Origin: Candidatus Bathyarchaeota archaeon B63
GTDB taxonomy: Archaea > Thermoproteota > Bathyarchaeia > Bathyarchaeales > DTEX01
Length of the DNA: 36,831 bases
Direction: 5' to 3'
Assembly: GCA_001593845.1 (NCBI GenBank)
Contig: LUCF01000004.1
Location: forward strand, 1 to 36,831
In this document: positions 8,315-18,689 of the stretch, piece after piece
How positions within the stretch are numbered: position 1 is the stretch's first letter
Layout of the letters: every line of letters starts with the position of its first letter
The notes under the pieces: model-generated
Database searches by the model: none
The model's input: the letters and a program-made list of their open reading frames with translations, nothing else
What the model was told of the DNA's origin: nothing
Position numbers and translations under genes: made by a program

Positions 8315-9511
8315 TCAGGGGACTTCTACCCATTTCCCCTTCTCTGCGGATTCCTCTATGGCGGATAGGATCTCCTGACACTTCAGCCCATCATAGAAGG
8401 TGGCGGCCATCGGGCCGACGGGCTTATCGTTGACCACGCAGTCTATGAAGTGATGGATCTCATGGACGAATGTGTGCTCCCATCCTATTATGTGGCCGTG
8501 GGGCCACCAGCGGTCGATGAATGGGTGGACGGCCTCGGTTACGAGTATGTTTCTGAAGCCCATCCTGTCCTCCGGGTCCTTCCTCGAGTAGACCTCGAGC
8601 TCGTTAAGCCTCTCAAGGTTGAAGACGATGGAGCCCTCTGTCCCGTGGATCTCTATCCTCTCGTAGTTCTTCCTCCCAGCGCAGAACCTTGATGCCTCGA
8701 GGCTTCCTATGGCGCCATTCTTAAACCTGACCATAGCGATGAAGACGTCGTCAACGTCCACCTTGCCCCTCTCCTCAGGTCTCCCTGGCAGGGGCCTCTC
8801 CTTGATGAAGGTCTCCGTCATCCCGCAGACCGATGCAAGGTCGCCCACAAGGAATCTGGCTAAATCTATGATGTGCGCGCCTAGGTCTCCTAGAGCCCCG
8901 GAGCCTGAGACGCTTCGTCTGAGCCTCCAGACCAGCGGGAAATTCGGGTCCATGATCCACTCCTGCAGGTAGACAGCCCTGTACTGGAGGATCTTTCCGA
9001 TGTATCCTTCGTCTATCAGCTTCTTCGCGAGCCTTATGGCCGGCACGAATCGATAGTTGAAGGCGGTCATATTCTTAACCCCTGCCTTCTCAACGGCCTC
9101 ATACATTGCCTTAGCGTCCTCCAGCGTCGCGGCGAGGGGCTTCTCGCAGATTATGTTCTTCCCAGCCTCAGCCGCGGTTATGCAGGGCTCCGCATGCATA
9201 TAGTTCGGGAGGCAGTTGTCAACGATCTCGACGTCCTCATCCGCTATGAGCTTCCTCCAGTCCGTATAGTACTTCTCAAACCCAAATCTCCTGGCTGCCT
9301 CCGCCACGGCCTCCTCTGTTCTTCCGAAGATGGCGACTAAGCGTGGGAAGGCTGGAGGGGGATAGAAGAAGACGGGCATCTTCCGGTATCCGTTCGAGTG
9401 GGCCTTGCCCATGAATGCGTAGCCGAGCAGCCCGATCCCTATCTCCCTGACCTCCTCGGCCCTCCTCTCAACCCTGCCCATCGTGACGAATCCTACTTCC
9501 TTCTTGGACAT
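8315..9511 (-). CDS. Gfo/Idh/MocA family NAD-dependent sugar oxidoreductase
   Basis: GLLGYAFMG Rossmann fold, CEKPLA, FNYRF, GALGDLGAH. Confidence 0.9.
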   Translation of the reverse strand: MSKKEVGFVTMGRVERRAEEVREIGIGLLGYAFMGKAHSNGYRKMPVFFYPPPAFPRLVAIFGRTEEAVAEAARRFGFEKYYTDWRKLIADEDVEIVDNCLPNYMHAEPCITAAEAGKNIICEKPLAATLEDAKAMYEAVEKAGVKNMTAFNYRFVPAIRLAKKLIDEGYIGKILQYRAVYLQEWIMDPNFPLVWRLRRSVSGSGALGDLGAHIIDLARFLVGDLASVCGMTETFIKERPLPGRPEERGKVDVDDVFIAMVRFKNGAIGSLEASRFCAGRKNYERIEIHGTEGSIVFNLERLNELEVYSRKDPEDRMGFRNILVTEAVHPFIDRWWPHGHIIGWEHTFVHEIHHFIDCVVNDKPVGPMAATFYDGLKCQEILSAIEESAEKGKWVEVP

Positions 9512-9515
9512 TCCT

Positions 9516-10478
9516 CTACCACCACACCTGCTTTAGGGGCGCCTTTATTATCAGCGGCTTCAGGAAGGCTATGCACTTCTCGCATCCATCCTCCCTGCTC
9601 ATCACGGGATCTTCATGCTCGTAGCTGAGGACGTAGTCGTACCCGACCTCCAAGAGCGCGGTCATGACCCGTTTCCACTCGACATCCCCCCAGCCGACAA
9701 CCCTGAACCTGAAGCCCCTGCCGGGCCTCATCCAGGAGCCAGTGGGTATCACGCCTGAGGTTGAGACGTTCTCCTTGACCAGCTCAGCGTCCTTCGCGTG
9801 GGCATGATAGATCCTCCTCCCAAACTTCTTGATGAAGACCACGGGGTCTATTCCCTGCCATACAAGATGGCTTGGGTCGAAGTTGAACCCGAACTCCTTC
9901 CTCTCGTCTATGGCCTTTAAGGCCTGCTCAGCCGTCTCAATGTTGTATGCCTGCTCCTGCGGGTGAACCTCATGCGCGAACTTCACTCCATGCGCGGCGA
10001 AGACATCTAGGATGTCGTTCCACCGCTCGGCGAAGACCTCGAAGCCCTTCTCGAAGATCTTCTCGTTCCCTGGGGGAAAGATGTACCATGCGCCCCAGTT
10101 GGGGGAGCCGATGAAGCCGTTCACAACCGGGACATCCAATGCCGCCGCCGCCTCAGCCGTCTTCTTCATGCGTTCCATCCCGTACTTTATCTTCTCCTCA
10201 GGCGTTCCCTTGAACCATTCGTCCGTCGATTCGTCATGTGGGCCTAGGACGAGCTGGCCTTCGAGGTGATTGCTCAGCCCGGAGATTATAAGCCCGTACT
10301 TCTCAACGGTCTTCTTGAATTCGGTCGCCCCGCCGCTGAGGATCCTATCTATGTCTATGTGGTTGCTTCCCCTCCAAGCAGCAATCTCAACAGCCTCGTA
10401 TCCGAGCTTCGAGACGTACTCTAGGACCTTCTCTAGCTTCCATTCGTTGTATAGAACTGTGAAGATCCCTATCTTCAA
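9516..10478 (-). CDS. Sugar phosphate isomerase/epimerase (xylose-isomerase-like TIM barrel, IolE/AP2 family)
   Basis: HEVHP, NFDPSH, HAHAKD, GWGDVEW, SYEHED; ends 5 bp before the oxidoreductase start. Confidence 0.88.
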   Translation of the reverse strand: MKIGIFTVLYNEWKLEKVLEYVSKLGYEAVEIAAWRGSNHIDIDRILSGGATEFKKTVEKYGLIISGLSNHLEGQLVLGPHDESTDEWFKGTPEEKIKYGMERMKKTAEAAAALDVPVVNGFIGSPNWGAWYIFPPGNEKIFEKGFEVFAERWNDILDVFAAHGVKFAHEVHPQEQAYNIETAEQALKAIDERKEFGFNFDPSHLVWQGIDPVVFIKKFGRRIYHAHAKDAELVKENVSTSGVIPTGSWMRPGRGFRFRVVGWGDVEWKRVMTALLEVGYDYVLSYEHEDPVMSREDGCEKCIAFLKPLIIKAPLKQVWW

Positions 10479-10604
10479 TTAGGCTTCCTCCCATAATCCC
10501 TCTTTAAGTCAAAAAAAGAATCAATCTTTAGTCTTAAAAGGTTTTTTTGTAGATGGGGCTCAGTAGCCCCCCTTGGGCTTCACGGCTAAGCATGCATGGA
10601 GGGC

Positions 10605-10811
10605 TTAACCCTCCTCATCCTCGATGAAGTACCTACGCGTAGCCGGATCGCTGGAGATCACTCCCTTCTCGAACAATCTACGCAGCGCCCTAAAGACTGC
10701 CTTCGGCTTCATATCAAGTCTCTCAGAGATCTCGGCCAGGGTGAGGGGGCCATCCTCAGTTAGGAGCCCAATTATCCTCTTATCCGTCTTGCTCAATCCC
10801 GACGCCTCCAC
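10605..10811 (-). CDS. Small winged-HTH protein (TrmB/MarR-like)
   Basis: LSKTDKRIIGLL...GPLTLAEISERL...AVFRALRRL.EKGVI. Confidence 0.75.
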   Translation of the reverse strand: MEASGLSKTDKRIIGLLTEDGPLTLAEISERLDMKPKAVFRALRRLFEKGVISSDPATRRYFIEDEEG

Positions 10812-10957
10812 GATTCTCAGATTCTTAATCGATTACTTGGATATCGTATATCAGCTTTTAGCCGTAGAAGGAATAAATGGCACCTACAGAAGAATGGGTG
10901 GAGAGCGATTAAGATTAATTATCGCGTATACACAAATAGATAATTGAGTGGAGAGAC

Positions 10958-12070
10958 TTGGGAAGATGCCGCGTCTGCCTCGAAGAATCGATGACGATTT
11001 CAGATTACTTGGGGGTCTGCGCGGACTGCATAAAGGAGAACCCAGAAGAGGCCCTACCACTAGCTGAGAAGGCGCATTCTGAATCCCGCAGCCTCTTCGG
11101 GCTGCCTCCGAGGCCTCCCCGCACTTCAGGCGGGGTCTCATGCGGGATGTGCGCGAACGACTGTGTGATCGGGGATGGAGAGAAGGGGTTCTGCGGCTTG
11201 GTCATAAATAAGGACGGCAGGTTGACCCGTCTGGGAGGGACCCCTGACCGGGGGGTTCTTGAGTGGTACTATGACCCGCTTCCCACAAACTGCGTTGCGT
11301 GGTGGTTCTGCCCGGGATGCACCGGGTCAGGCTATCCGAAGTATGCACATATGCCGAGGGCCGAGGCGGGATACGTGAACCTAGCGGTCTTCTACGGGGC
11401 ATGCAGCCTGGACTGCCTCTTCTGTCAGAACTGGCACTACAGGAACTTGACCGCCAGGCTGAAGCCGATGATGAGCGCTGAGGACCTCGCCGGAAAGGTC
11501 AACAAAAATGTCTCATGCATCTGCTTCTTCGGAGGGGACCCATCGGCTCAGATGCCTCACGCCCTTAAGACGAGCATGATCGCCCTTGAGGAGGCTAAAC
11601 GTGGCAGCCGCATCCTGAGGATATGCTGGGAGACTAACGGAAACATGAAGGGGAGATTCGCGGATATGGCTGCTGATCTCTCCTTGAGGAGCGGTGGGGT
11701 AGTGAAGTTCGACCTCAAGGCTTGGGACGAGAACATCCACATCGCATTATGCGGCGTCTCGAACAGGGCGGCGTTGAGGAACTTCAGCATGATAGGCGAG
11801 AAGTACTTCGAGAGGCGCGGGGAGATCCCAGTCTTGACCGCCAGCACCCTTCTGGTTCCAGGCTACATTGATGAGGTTGAAGTTGAGGGGGTAGCTGAGT
11901 TCTTGGCCAGTATTGACCCTGAAATCCCATATACCCTGCTCGCCTTCTATCCGCAGTACAGGATGACTGACCTCCCGACTACGAGCCGTAGACAGGCCTT
12001 GAGGTGCCGGGAGGCGGCGGAGAAGCACCTGAAGAACGTACGGATAGGAAATGTGCATCTTCTCTCATAA
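10958..12070 (+). CDS. PFL-activase-like radical SAM protein (COG1180) with Cys-rich N-terminus
   Basis: CSLDCLFCQNW, FFGGDP, ETNG, KFDLKA; extra CRVC..CADC, CGMCANDC and NCVAWWFCPGC motifs. Confidence 0.85.
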   Translation: MGRCRVCLEESMTISDYLGVCADCIKENPEEALPLAEKAHSESRSLFGLPPRPPRTSGGVSCGMCANDCVIGDGEKGFCGLVINKDGRLTRLGGTPDRGVLEWYYDPLPTNCVAWWFCPGCTGSGYPKYAHMPRAEAGYVNLAVFYGACSLDCLFCQNWHYRNLTARLKPMMSAEDLAGKVNKNVSCICFFGGDPSAQMPHALKTSMIALEEAKRGSRILRICWETNGNMKGRFADMAADLSLRSGGVVKFDLKAWDENIHIALCGVSNRAALRNFSMIGEKYFERRGEIPVLTASTLLVPGYIDEVEVEGVAEFLASIDPEIPYTLLAFYPQYRMTDLPTTSRRQALRCREAAEKHLKNVRIGNVHLLS

Positions 12071-12104
12071 CTGATCAGAGAGACCTCGGAGGCCCTCAGC
12101 AGAG

Positions 12105-12118
12105 CCTATAATTATAGG
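12105..12118. promoter_or_regulatory. Perfect 14-bp palindrome CCTATAATTATAGG, possible operator
   Basis: Seen directly; about 30 bp upstream of a TTTATAAA TATA-like box before the GATase gene. Confidence 0.3.
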
Positions 12119-12203
12119 AGGCCTCCAAAGAAGGAGAACAGTAAAATCTTTATAAATTCATCTCACCCCCTTCCGTATGATCTATTAAGGGTGATTAGTA
12201 AAA

Positions 12204-13106
12204 ATGTGCCGCCTCTTCGGCATGTTATCGGTTGAGGCCTCAGACGCCCGGAAGTACCTCCTAGATGATCCATGCTCACTATACGCACAGAGCAGGAAGA
12301 ATCCGAGGAGGCTTCAGGGGGACGGGTGGGGAATCGGATACTACATGAACGGATCAGCCGTGCTCATCAAGAGCGAGAGGCCTGTCTACATGGAGCGTGA
12401 TGGGTTCACCTCAGCCGTGAAGCGTGCGAGGTCCAAGATAATCATCGCCCACATCAGACGGGCGAGCAATCCTAGGGGGCTTCCGGCGGAGAGGCTCATC
12501 TCAAAGGATAACTCTCAGCCCTTCAAGTTTAGAAATTACATATTTGCTCATAACGGGACGATCACTATACCGGATGAGGTGGCCGATAACCTCGGAGAAT
12601 GGAGAAGGAGAATAAGGGGGCTCAACGACAGCGAGGTCTACTTCTGGTTCATAATGAGGGAGATCTCCCTAGGCGCCGATGTGGCTTCAGCACTCAGGAG
12701 ATTCAGGGATGCCCTTGAGGCTCTCTGGAGGGATGTGCGCAGGAGACATCCACGGAAGAGCCGCCCATATGTGGGGCTGAATAGCATAATCAGCGATGGG
12801 GAATGCCTCTACGCCTATTGCATGTACGATGAGGAGGATGGACGTGGACGGTCGATATGCTTCGGGGATCAGCCGGTCTTTGAGATGTGCTACCTACTCG
12901 ACGGGGAGAGGCTGGTCGTGGCATCGGAGAAGACGAACCTCGAAGAGGAATGGAAGCCTCTGAGAAGCGGAGAACTACTCATCGGGAGAATCCGTAGAGG
13001 AGAGGTGACCGCCGAGATAATAAGGGTCGAGAAGGGATATTACATGATCGGTTCTACGGTGAAATTCTCATATAAAGCATATGCTTTCACCATGCTTAAA
13101 CTCTAA
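12204..13106 (+). CDS. Class II glutamine amidotransferase (YafJ/EgtC/Dug3-like Ntn hydrolase)
   Basis: N-terminal MCRLFG, DGWGI, AHIRRAS, QPF, FAHNG, DSE, VVASE; GGTGA RBS upstream. Confidence 0.88.
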   Translation: MCRLFGMLSVEASDARKYLLDDPCSLYAQSRKNPRRLQGDGWGIGYYMNGSAVLIKSERPVYMERDGFTSAVKRARSKIIIAHIRRASNPRGLPAERLISKDNSQPFKFRNYIFAHNGTITIPDEVADNLGEWRRRIRGLNDSEVYFWFIMREISLGADVASALRRFRDALEALWRDVRRRHPRKSRPYVGLNSIISDGECLYAYCMYDEEDGRGRSICFGDQPVFEMCYLLDGERLVVASEKTNLEEEWKPLRSGELLIGRIRRGEVTAEIIRVEKGYYMIGSTVKFSYKAYAFTMLKL

Positions 13107-13107
13107 A

Positions 13108-13260
13108 AGTATTACATAGGATGAGTTATAATGTCACCTTGTGGATTGTTCAGCCGCTGCGACTGCGAAGGTTTATAATGCTAAACTTGTCACCACCGAC
13201 CGTAGCCTCGTCGAAGCCGCAAAATCCGAGAAGATCCCAACAGAGGCCTATGAGCCGTGG
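13108..13260 (+). pseudogene. PIN-domain (VapC-like) toxin C-terminal remnant
   Basis: Frame reads *DEL*CHLVDCSAAATAKVYNAKLVTTDRSLVEAAK, matching the PIN D..A.A....LVT.D motif, with in-frame stops upstream. Confidence 0.55.
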
Positions 13261-13347
13261 ATGTTAAAGTTATCTTTCCCGTTTATTTCTCCGGCCTCGT
13301 CAAGTTTATAAATAAGCCGCCGAATTTAGAGAGAGTTTGAAGACTGC

Positions 13348-15411
13348 TTGGAGGAAGAATGCATGGAATGGTTCTTCGTGAGCTCAGCTGTCGGCTTAGC
13401 CTCCATTCTACTAGCAGCTTACCTGTACCGTTATATTATGAATCAGGAAAGCGGCACTGAGAGGATGCAGGAGATCGCAGGCGCGATAGAGGAGGGCGCC
13501 ACGGCTTATCTGAGGAGGCAGAACAAAACTCTGGCGGGCTTCGTCTTGGCGATGGCTGTCGTCTTAGGGATCCTATTCAGCTTTTCCGAGAGCATCTTCC
13601 ATGGAGTGAGCATCGCGATATCATATCTGCTCGGCTCCCTATGCACGACGATGGCGGCCTACGTCGGCATGATGACCGCTGTCAAAGCGAACGTTAGGAC
13701 GGCGAACGCGGCGAGAACGGGCCTGAAGAAGGCCTTCCCAATAGCCTTCTACGGAGGAGCTGTGATGGGCCTCTCCATAGTAGGGCTTGCCCTGCTTGGG
13801 ATAAGCTCGCTCTTCTATATTTATCACATCGTCCTGGGCTGGCATGAGATCCCAGCCTCCAACATCGTTTTAGGCTTCAGTTTCGGAGCGAGCGCCCTTG
13901 CGCTCTTCGCGAAGGCAGGCGGGGGCATATACACGAAGACCGCGGACATAAGCGCAGATCTAGTAGGCAAAGTTGAGCTCGGCATCCCTGAGGACGATCC
14001 GAGAAACCCGGCGGTGATAGCGGATAACGTCGGAGACAACGTCGGAGACGTGGCTGGGATGGGCGCCGACCTGATCGACTCCTACATCGCAAGCGTGATA
14101 GCGGCGATGATCATAGGATCAGAGATAGGGGGTGGAACGCTTACCACCCTTCCCCTGATGATAGCGGCTGCGGGGCTCTTCGCATCGATAATCGGCGGGC
14201 TATTCATGAGGGTGGGCATAAGGAGCAGCCCAGGAGCAGCATTGAACAGGGGAACCTTCATAACATGTTTCCTCTTCGTCATTCTCCTCTACATGGTCAC
14301 TTACTCGTCAGGGCTAAGCGGGAACGGCTGGCTCGGGGTCTTTCTGCCCACGGCGGCCGGCCTAACCGCGGGGCTGGTCATAGGGATCACAACCGATTAC
14401 TTCACCTCGATTGACAGGATGCCGGCTCAGAAGATCGCCGAGGCCTCGACGACGGGGGCTGCGATAAACATCCTAACGGGCTTCTCCTACGGAATAATGA
14501 GCATAGTCCCCCCGATAATCGGCATCAGCGCGGCTACACTGGCCTCCTGGTACTTCGCCGAGATGTTCGGGATAGACCCATACTATGGAATCTCGATCTC
14601 AGCCGTTGGGATGCTCTCGATCGTCGGGATGATAATCTCCGCTGACGCCTACGGCCCGATCTCCGACAACGCTAAGGGGATAGCTGAGCAGTCAGGGCTT
14701 GGGGATGCGGTCATCGACGTTGCGGACAAGCTTGACGCGGCGGGGAACACCTCAAAGGCCATAACGAAGGGGTTCGCGATTGGGGCCGCCGCCCTTACGG
14801 TGCTAGCGCTCTTCGCAGCCTACTCGAAGGTTGTGGATATTGAGACCCTAAACTTGATGGAGCCCACAGTCGTCGTTGGGGTCTTCATAGGGGCGATGAT
14901 GCCTCCGCTTCTCTCCGCGCTGCTTATACTCGCCGTGGGCAGGAACGCTGAGAGGATGATAGAGGAGATCAGGAGGCAATTCAGGGAGATCGAGGGATTA
15001 ATGGAGGGGACGGCGAAGCCGGACTATGCGAGGTGCGTCGATATAGCTGCAAAGGGCGCCTTGAAGGAGCTCATGCTCCCCTGCCTCCTAGCCATAGTAG
15101 CGCCGATAGCTACCCTATTGACGCTGGGGAAGGAGGCCCTAGCCGGGTTCCTAGCCGGAAGCATAGTGACAGGGATAGTCTTCGCCCTGTTCATGGCCAA
15201 CTCTGGGGGGGCATGGGACAACGCTAAGAAATACATAGAGGCTGGGGCCTACGGGGGGAAGGGCTCAGAGGCGCATAAGGCTGCTGTTACGGGGGACACT
15301 GTAGGCGACCCATTCAAGGATACAGCCGGCCCATCGCTGAACACGATGATAACTGTGATGTCCCTAGTCGCATCGGTATTCGCCCCCCTCGTCATGTTCC
15401 TCATGATCTAG
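13348..15411 (+). CDS. hppA: Membrane-bound pyrophosphatase, K+-independent H+-translocating type; likely start ATG 13363
   Basis: [38 protein letters not shown] (Lys signature), [20 protein letters not shown]. Confidence 0.95.
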   Translation: MEEECMEWFFVSSAVGLASILLAAYLYRYIMNQESGTERMQEIAGAIEEGATAYLRRQNKTLAGFVLAMAVVLGILFSFSESIFHGVSIAISYLLGSLCTTMAAYVGMMTAVKANVRTANAARTGLKKAFPIAFYGGAVMGLSIVGLALLGISSLFYIYHIVLGWHEIPASNIVLGFSFGASALALFAKAGGGIYTKTADISADLVGKVELGIPEDDPRNPAVIADNVGDNVGDVAGMGADLIDSYIASVIAAMIIGSEIGGGTLTTLPLMIAAAGLFASIIGGLFMRVGIRSSPGAALNRGTFITCFLFVILLYMVTYSSGLSGNGWLGVFLPTAAGLTAGLVIGITTDYFTSIDRMPAQKIAEASTTGAAINILTGFSYGIMSIVPPIIGISAATLASWYFAEMFGIDPYYGISISAVGMLSIVGMIISADAYGPISDNAKGIAEQSGLGDAVIDVADKLDAAGNTSKAITKGFAIGAAALTVLALFAAYSKVVDIETLNLMEPTVVVGVFIGAMMPPLLSALLILAVGRNAERMIEEIRRQFREIEGLMEGTAKPDYARCVDIAAKGALKELMLPCLLAIVAPIATLLTLGKEALAGFLAGSIVTGIVFALFMANSGGAWDNAKKYIEAGAYGGKGSEAHKAAVTGDTVGDPFKDTAGPSLNTMITVMSLVASVFAPLVMFLMI

Positions 15412-15574
15412 GGAGGCGTCGTCATACATCTCCCTTTTTATTGCTGAGCTGTCCTAAAGGAGGCCAGCGGCCCATCAGAGAGGCTGGAACGCGGTAAATC
15501 TTTTTAAATCACGACTTATTTTAGAAACATGCATCAGCATCCACCCCCGGGAACAAAAGCGTTAAGAGCTGGGA

Positions 15575-16409
15575 TTGAGAGACGAGGACGGCCGCTGGTT
15601 TAATCGGCTGCGGATCGATAGGCTCTGTAATAGCGAAGGCGATCGACACCGGAGAAGCCGGGGACGTCACGTTAGAGGCTCTCTATGACGTCTCCCGAGA
15701 GTATGCGGAGAGACTCGCGTCCTCCCTATCCAGGAAGCCCCGCGTCGCCGAGAACGTTGATGAGCTCCTCGGGAACGATAAGATCCAGCTGGTCATCGAG
15801 GCTGCATCACAGGAGGCGGTGAGGCAATACGCCGTTAAGGCCCTATCGAGGGGGAAGGACCTCATGGTCCTGAGCACGGGCGCCCTCCTCGACGATGACC
15901 TATTAAAGGAGATATCAAGAATCGCGGAGGAGAAGGGCAGGAAGGTCTACATCCCCTCCGGCGCCATAGTCGGCCTGGACAATGTGAAGGCTGCCGCCGT
16001 GGGCCCTGTTGAGGAGGTAACCCTCATAACGAGGAAGCCGCCTGAGAGCTTTGAGGGGGCGCCTTTCATGGCTGAGAGGGGGATCAAGCCGTCGGAGATA
16101 GATAGGCCCACCGTCCTGTTCGAGGGATCAGCAAGGGAGGCTGTGAGGCTCTTCCCCAGAAACGTGAATGTCTCTGCCTCCCTGAGCCTAGCTGGGATCG
16201 GGGCTGACAGGACGAGGGTCAAGATAATCGCCGACCCGAATGTGAGGAGCATCATCCACGAGATCCACGTGAGGGGAGAGTTTGGGGAGATGATGATGCG
16301 GACTGTGAACAAGCCTTTCCCTGAGAACCCGAAGACCAGCTATATAGCCGCCCTCTCCGCGATCGCAACCCTAAGAAAGATAAGCGGAAGCATAATCGTG
16401 GGAACATGA
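15575..16409 (+). CDS. nadX: L-aspartate dehydrogenase (NAD biosynthesis); N-terminus lacks an in-frame canonical start
   Basis: The frame of 15819..16409 stays open back to 15579 (TRTAAGLIGCGSIG...IEAASQEAV). Motifs PSGAIVGLD, FP.NVNV, NPKTS; next to nadC. Confidence 0.85.
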
Positions 16410-16472
16410 TCCCGGTCTTTCATAGAAAGATTTTTCTCCGATTAGCCGATTGAAAACCTAGAGGTCACCGTT

Positions 16473-17345
16473 TTGGATACGCATAAGCCCATCATACGCG
16501 AGATGCTGATGAGCTTTCTAAGGGAAGACTTGGGCATGGGGGACATAACCACATGGGCGGTCGTACCAGCCGATGTCAGCGTAGACTCACAGATAATTGT
16601 GAAGGAGGAAGCGGTCATCGCCGGCCTCCACGAGGCCTCCCTAATCTTCGAGATGGCGGGGGCCAAGTTCAAAGCCAGAGTCGAGGAGGGCGTGGAGGTC
16701 CCAGCTGGGACCATAATAGCCGAGGTGAAGGGGAGCGGCCGGGCTGTCCTCTCGGCTGAGAGGACTGCGCTCAACATGCTAATGAGGATGACTGGGATAG
16801 CGACTCTGACGAGGAGGCTCATCAATATGGTTCGGGAGGCCGGGCTTGAAGTGAGGATAGCCGCGACTAGGAAGACAGCTCCTGGCCTCCGATTCTTCGA
16901 TAAGAGGGCGGTCGTGATCGGGGGTGGGGATCCCCATCGGTTCAGGCTGGATGACGCCGTCCTCATAAAGGACAACCACGTCAGAATCGCCGGGAGCATA
17001 AAGGAGGCTATAAGGAGGGCCCGCTCAGCCGTTAGCTTCGCCAAGAGCATAGAGGTTGAGGCCCGAACGGTTGAGGAGGCATTAGAGGCGGCTGAGTCCG
17101 GAGTCGACATCATAATGCTTGATAATATGTCCCCAGAAGAGGCGGGGCGGGCGATCAGGATGCTTGAGGAGGTGGGGCTCAGAGATAAGGTGATGATCGA
17201 GATCTCTGGGGGGGTAACTGAGGATAACTTGCTTGAGTATGCGAGGCTCAGGCCGGAGATAATCTCGTTGGGTTTCCTGACGCACTCCGTCAGAGCCGTT
17301 GACATGAGCCTCGAAGTCGTCGGGATCCATGCCGGGTCAAGCTAG
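16473..17345 (+). CDS. nadC: Nicotinate-nucleotide pyrophosphorylase (quinolinate phosphoribosyltransferase)
   Basis: EDLG.GDIT, ERTALN, TRKT.PG, HRF.L.DAVLIKDNH, IEVE, MLDNM, SGG. Confidence 0.95.
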   Translation: MDTHKPIIREMLMSFLREDLGMGDITTWAVVPADVSVDSQIIVKEEAVIAGLHEASLIFEMAGAKFKARVEEGVEVPAGTIIAEVKGSGRAVLSAERTALNMLMRMTGIATLTRRLINMVREAGLEVRIAATRKTAPGLRFFDKRAVVIGGGDPHRFRLDDAVLIKDNHVRIAGSIKEAIRRARSAVSFAKSIEVEARTVEEALEAAESGVDIIMLDNMSPEEAGRAIRMLEEVGLRDKVMIEISGGVTEDNLLEYARLRPEIISLGFLTHSVRAVDMSLEVVGIHAGSS

Positions 17346-18530
17346 GCTCTTAACGGCCTCGACGACGACCCTTGCAGGCGCATCCGTCTTGATCCCCCTC
17401 GTATTAAAATGGGTCGGCTGGGCCTCAAATCCCCCTCGAGATAATTTCTCGATGACCCTCCAGAGAGGTGGAGAGGGCAGATTAAGCCTATCGCTTATTT
17501 TATCGATCACGAAGTAGGTTGCAGGCGCATCCGTCTCCCCCTTAACAAGCCTCAGGAGCCTTCTGACCCGGCCGTCCAGCCCAGCTCGGCCCGCGGCGAT
17601 CCTCTCCATCTCTCCGCAGATGTCTCCGTTGGATAATCTCCCAAGCCAGAGCGGCCCGGCTGCCCTTAGGGAGCCCCCGCATTCCGGGCATCTCTTGGAT
17701 AGAAAGGGAGACACGTCGCGGATAGCCTCCCTATGGAAGCAGCTGAAGCAGTGTAGGATGTACCCCATCTCCCCGAGGCTCTCATCCGCCCTCTTGGCGC
17801 CGTGGATCAGCGTGGCATAGGCCCTTACATAATGCTCAGATTTGTGGCTGAAGAGGACCCTTATGCCGATCTCATGCTTGGCAGCCGCCCTGGCTAGGAC
17901 GCCTATCATGAGCCTCAAGCCTATCTCGTGGCAGTACTCGGTCCTGAGGGGGAGGCCGCCGTACTTCCTGAACGCGGCTTCCGGGTGTACGCCGCACAGG
18001 GGAGCCATATCGGTCGCCGTCATGGCTAGGAGCCCCCCATCCCTCAGTGCCCTGACCGCTGAGTCTAAGAACCGAACCGGAGACCCAAATGGGTCAATAT
18101 CGATGCAGTCGAATCTCCTATGAGGCGCGGCGTGTCTATTCATGAAGAGATTCGCATCCTCATTTAGGACGGATACGTGCCCAGTCAAGCCGTTAATCTC
18201 AACGTTGTACGCAGCCATCTTGAACGCCACGGGATTTATATCGTTCATGTAGACGTGTCTAACCCCCTCTATCTCCAAGGCGAACCTTATCCCCCTGACC
18301 CCGCAGCCGGCCAGCGGCTCAGCAATCAGTAGCTCCCTCCCCAAGGTCCTCTGGTATGCCTGCACTGCGAGTACGGCCACATCCCTGTTCAGCTTCATGG
18401 CAGGGTTATAAAAGACCGGGGCCTTGGAGGGGGCGTATTCCCAGGGCGCCCTCTTGAACTCTTCGAGCCTCGGAACGGCGAGCCTAGCCGCTCCCTCCCT
18501 TATAAACTCAACCGGGAAATCGAACCTCAT
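17337..18530 (-). CDS. trm1: tRNA (guanine-26-N2)-dimethyltransferase
   Basis: VFYNP.M.LNRD, G.RGIR, DIDPFGSP, TATD, HEIGLR, CxxC..CPEC, GPLW.G. Confidence 0.93.
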   Translation of the reverse strand: MRFDFPVEFIREGAARLAVPRLEEFKRAPWEYAPSKAPVFYNPAMKLNRDVAVLAVQAYQRTLGRELLIAEPLAGCGVRGIRFALEIEGVRHVYMNDINPVAFKMAAYNVEINGLTGHVSVLNEDANLFMNRHAAPHRRFDCIDIDPFGSPVRFLDSAVRALRDGGLLAMTATDMAPLCGVHPEAAFRKYGGLPLRTEYCHEIGLRLMIGVLARAAAKHEIGIRVLFSHKSEHYVRAYATLIHGAKRADESLGEMGYILHCFSCFHREAIRDVSPFLSKRCPECGGSLRAAGPLWLGRLSNGDICGEMERIAAGRAGLDGRVRRLLRLVKGETDAPATYFVIDKISDRLNLPSPPLWRVIEKLSRGGFEAQPTHFNTRGIKTDAPARVVVEAVKSLA

Positions 18531-18540
18531 CCATATAGAC

Positions 18541-18597
18541 CTCTCAGTCTGAATAAGCTAGGGCATCGTGCATACGCTGAGCCCTTCATCACATGAG
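18541..18597 (-). ncRNA. Candidate C/D box sRNA or K-turn element immediately upstream of trm1
   Basis: On the - strand: CUC-AU-GUGAUGA (box C, 18592-18586), 38 nt, CUGA (box D, 18547-18544), then GAG closing a terminal stem. D'/C' boxes are degenerate. Confidence 0.45.
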
Positions 18598-18689
18598 ACG
18601 ACGAGCCTCCGTATCTGTCCCTTCTCATTTATTACGTTTCTATGTGTACACTTAATATTCTAATGGGCATTTATGAATCGAGAGGAAGG

